A DNA stretch of 62,896 bases, filler included. It is 8 parts of 8 records of this genome, joined end to end, with 100 filler letters (N's around TTAATTAATTAA, not from the genome) between each part and the next. Parts side by side here need not be neighbours in the genome. Positions count along the whole stretch, not along the records: positions 56,018 to 62,896 come from SRR31156797_52628; 7 more parts are not named here. One strand, 5' to 3'. Both the position numbers and the translations under genes were made by a program. The notes below the pieces were generated by a model, which had not been told where the DNA came from, searched no databases, and saw only the letters and a list, made by a program, of their open reading frames with translations. This document shows, in pieces, positions 60,944-62,896 of this stretch (position 1 is its first letter; each line of letters opens with the position of its first letter).

Positions 60944-62629
60944 ATGGGCAAGACATTCATCCCGAACTTTGAGGCAAGACCACCCAAACCCGGCACCTTC
61001 CGCTCCATTTTTAAATGGGGCAAGCCCGACCAGTTCAAGCACCCCAGCCAGGGCTTCTTTTCTGTAATCAAAGAGACCCTTGAGCTCCCGGACAGCCATT
61101 TCGCCAAAAAAAGAGCCACCGGGGACCAGCCCGTAGAGGCAACCGTCCCCTCCAACCTCACCCAGGAAGACCTCGCCGCACTGACTAAAATCGTCGGCAA
61201 GGAGAACATCGACCAGTCCACCTATGCCCGGCTCTTCCATGCCACCGGCAAATCCATGGAGGATATCCTCAGGCTCAGGCACAACGTCATCGAACATCTC
61301 CCGGACATCGTGGTCCACCCCAGATCCAAAGCCGATGTCCGGAAGATCGTCGACCACTGCAACAGCAACAGCATCCCCGTCCACGTCTACGGCGGCGGCA
61401 GCTCGGTCACCCAGGGCCTTGAGTGCAGGAAAGGCGGCGTCACCCTGGTCATGGGCACCCACATGAACAAGGTGATCGAGTTCAACGAGACCAACCAGAC
61501 CATCACGGTGGAACCGGGCATGATGGGCCCGGACTACGAGGACGCCCTCAACAACGCCCCAAAGCGCTTCAAAGCGGCCCACGCCTACACCGGCGGCCAC
61601 TTCCCCCAGTCCTTTGAGCACTCCTCCGTGGGCGGATGGATCGTCACCCTCGGCGCCGGCCAGGCCTCCTCCTACTACGGCGACGCCTATGACCTTGTGA
61701 TCTGCCAGGAGTATGTCACCCCCATCGGCACCTTCAAGACCAAAGAGTACCCCGGCACCGCCACCGGCCCCAAAATCAACGATATCATGAAGGGCAGCGA
61801 AGGCTGTTTCGGCATACTCGTCTCCGTCACCCTCAAGGTCTTTCGCCATTTCCCCAAAAGCACCCGGTCCTTCGCCTTCATTTTCCCCACCTGGGAAGAC
61901 GCCGTCACCGCCTCCCGGGAAATCTGCCAGGGCGAGTTCGGCATGCCCTCGGTACTCCGCATCTCAGACCCCGAAGAGACCGACGTGGCCATGAAGATGT
62001 ACGGCATCCACGACAGCATCCTTGACCGCTTCATGAAGCTCAAATCCTTCAAGCCCCATGAAAGATGCCTCCTCATGGGCCAAACCGACGGCAACCACCG
62101 CTTCACAGCCATGGTCAAGGCCAACATCAAAAAGGTCTGCAAGCAAAACAAAGGCATGTATCTCACGGGCTATCCCATGAGCAAATGGAGCCACGGCAGG
62201 TTCTCAGATCCTTACATGAGGGACGCCCTCAACGACTATGACGTGCTCATCGACACCCTGGAGTGCTCGGTCACCTGGGAGAACCTCCACTCCCTTCACA
62301 CCGCGGTCAGGAACCACATCAAGCAGAATCCCCGCACCATCTGCATGACCCACGCTTCCCACTTCTATGCCCAGGGCACCAACCTCTACTTCATTTTCAT
62401 CACGAGGAGCAAGGACCTCAACGAGTTCAGGCTGTTCCAGCAGGGCATCATCCAGCAAATCAACGCCAACAAAGGCTCCCTGAGTCACCATCACGGGGTA
62501 GGGCGGCTCATGGCCCCGTTCATGGAGAACCATCTGGGGAAAGAGCAGATGGCCGTTCTAAAGGCCCTCAAGCGCCACTTCGATCCCAACGCCATCATGA
62601 ACCCCGGCGGCACCCTGGGGCTCGACTGA
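60944..62629 (+). CDS. FAD-linked oxidase, alkyl-dihydroxyacetone-phosphate synthase-like
   Basis: YGGGSSV, GHFPQSFEHSSVGGW, GSEG.FG, H.SHFY, SHHHGVG, DPNAIMNPG motifs. Confidence 0.85.
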   Translation: MGKTFIPNFEARPPKPGTFRSIFKWGKPDQFKHPSQGFFSVIKETLELPDSHFAKKRATGDQPVEATVPSNLTQEDLAALTKIVGKENIDQSTYARLFHATGKSMEDILRLRHNVIEHLPDIVVHPRSKADVRKIVDHCNSNSIPVHVYGGGSSVTQGLECRKGGVTLVMGTHMNKVIEFNETNQTITVEPGMMGPDYEDALNNAPKRFKAAHAYTGGHFPQSFEHSSVGGWIVTLGAGQASSYYGDAYDLVICQEYVTPIGTFKTKEYPGTATGPKINDIMKGSEGCFGILVSVTLKVFRHFPKSTRSFAFIFPTWEDAVTASREICQGEFGMPSVLRISDPEETDVAMKMYGIHDSILDRFMKLKSFKPHERCLLMGQTDGNHRFTAMVKANIKKVCKQNKGMYLTGYPMSKWSHGRFSDPYMRDALNDYDVLIDTLECSVTWENLHSLHTAVRNHIKQNPRTICMTHASHFYAQGTNLYFIFITRSKDLNEFRLFQQGIIQQINANKGSLSHHHGVGRLMAPFMENHLGKEQMAVLKALKRHFDPNAIMNPGGTLGLD

Positions 62630-62653
62630 CACACCTGAAACCCTGAAGACAAG

Positions 62654-62748
62654 GCAAAAACAGGTGGATTACTCTATAAAAGGTTTTTGTTGTTGATTTT
62701 ATGAAAACCCCTTTATATAACAATAATCAATGTTTCCACCTGTTTTGC
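62654..62748. repeat. long imperfect inverted repeat between convergent genes
   Basis: AAAACAGGTGGA/TCCACCTGTTTT outer arms and TATAAAAGGTTTT/AAAACCCCTTTATA inner arms. Confidence 0.65.
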
Positions 62749-62808
62749 TTTTTCTCCATTTGCGAGAATGTAAATGGAAGGGCGGAGCTATTCATTCACT
62801 CCACTATT

Positions 62809-62896
62809 TTATAAGTCAAGCGGGCTTTTGGCTTCCTTCAAGGTTTTGGATTTCACAGTGTGGGTATAGATCATGGTCGTTCTGATATCACTGTGA
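62809..62896 (-). CDS. intI: tyrosine recombinase C-terminus, integron-integrase type (cut by window end)
   Basis: minus-strand frame from 62895 reads HSDIRTTMIYTHTVKSKTLKEAKSPLDL*, with box II H..Y and SPLD tail; not in ORF track. Confidence 0.78.
   Translation of the reverse strand, partial: HSDIRTTMIYTHTVKSKTLKEAKSPLDL

Noticed and set aside
59444-61849. Long minus-strand ORFs 59444-60520 and 60599-61849
   Set aside because: Antisense shadows of the kinase and oxidase genes caused by codon bias.

Overview
The window is not one locus. It is eight unrelated contigs joined by 100-bp artificial spacers (44 N + TTAATTAATTAA + 44 N), consistent with a metagenome of probably anoxic or marine origin. 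(1) 1-8981, Bacteroidota-like: archaeal-type cysteate synthase, etfB-etfA-acyl-CoA dehydrogenase, msrB, DUF3078-like protein. (2) 9082-15392, Desulfobacterota-like: AidB-like dehydrogenase, dGTPase, receiver protein, glucosylglycerate-synthase-like glycosyltransferase, MFS transporter. (3) 15493-23811, AT-rich FCB-group-like: partial lipA, a repeat-rich spacer, a 3-gene operon (hypothetical, PD-(D/E)xK nuclease, RNase J-like beta-CASP protein), an ankyrin lipoprotein and a large secreted protein. (4) 23912-29630: pstC-pstA-pstS-pstB-phoU with a Pho box. (5) 29731-44604, alphaproteobacterial: psp operon with sigma54 and IHF sites, an FNR-box DUF2249/membrane/hemerythrin operon, LPS glycosyltransferases, thrS. 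(6) 44705-50335: putative D-glutamate/oxoproline cluster. (7) 50436-55917: TetR, RPH-like PEP-utilising enzyme, serine hydrolase, deacetylase. (8) 56018-62896: Cys-less purF, fadR-glpD-FGGY kinase-alkyl-DHAP-synthase-like operon and the tail of an integron-type integrase. The main signals missing from the ORF track are: two matching 11-6-11 dif-like palindromes bracketing the nuclease/RNase operon (candidate mobile defence cassette); a Thr-rich leader peptide with attenuator upstream of thrS; an in-frame palindromic DNA insert in lipA; and the integrase tail at the window end. Taxonomic and family calls rest on recognised motifs only; no searches were run.
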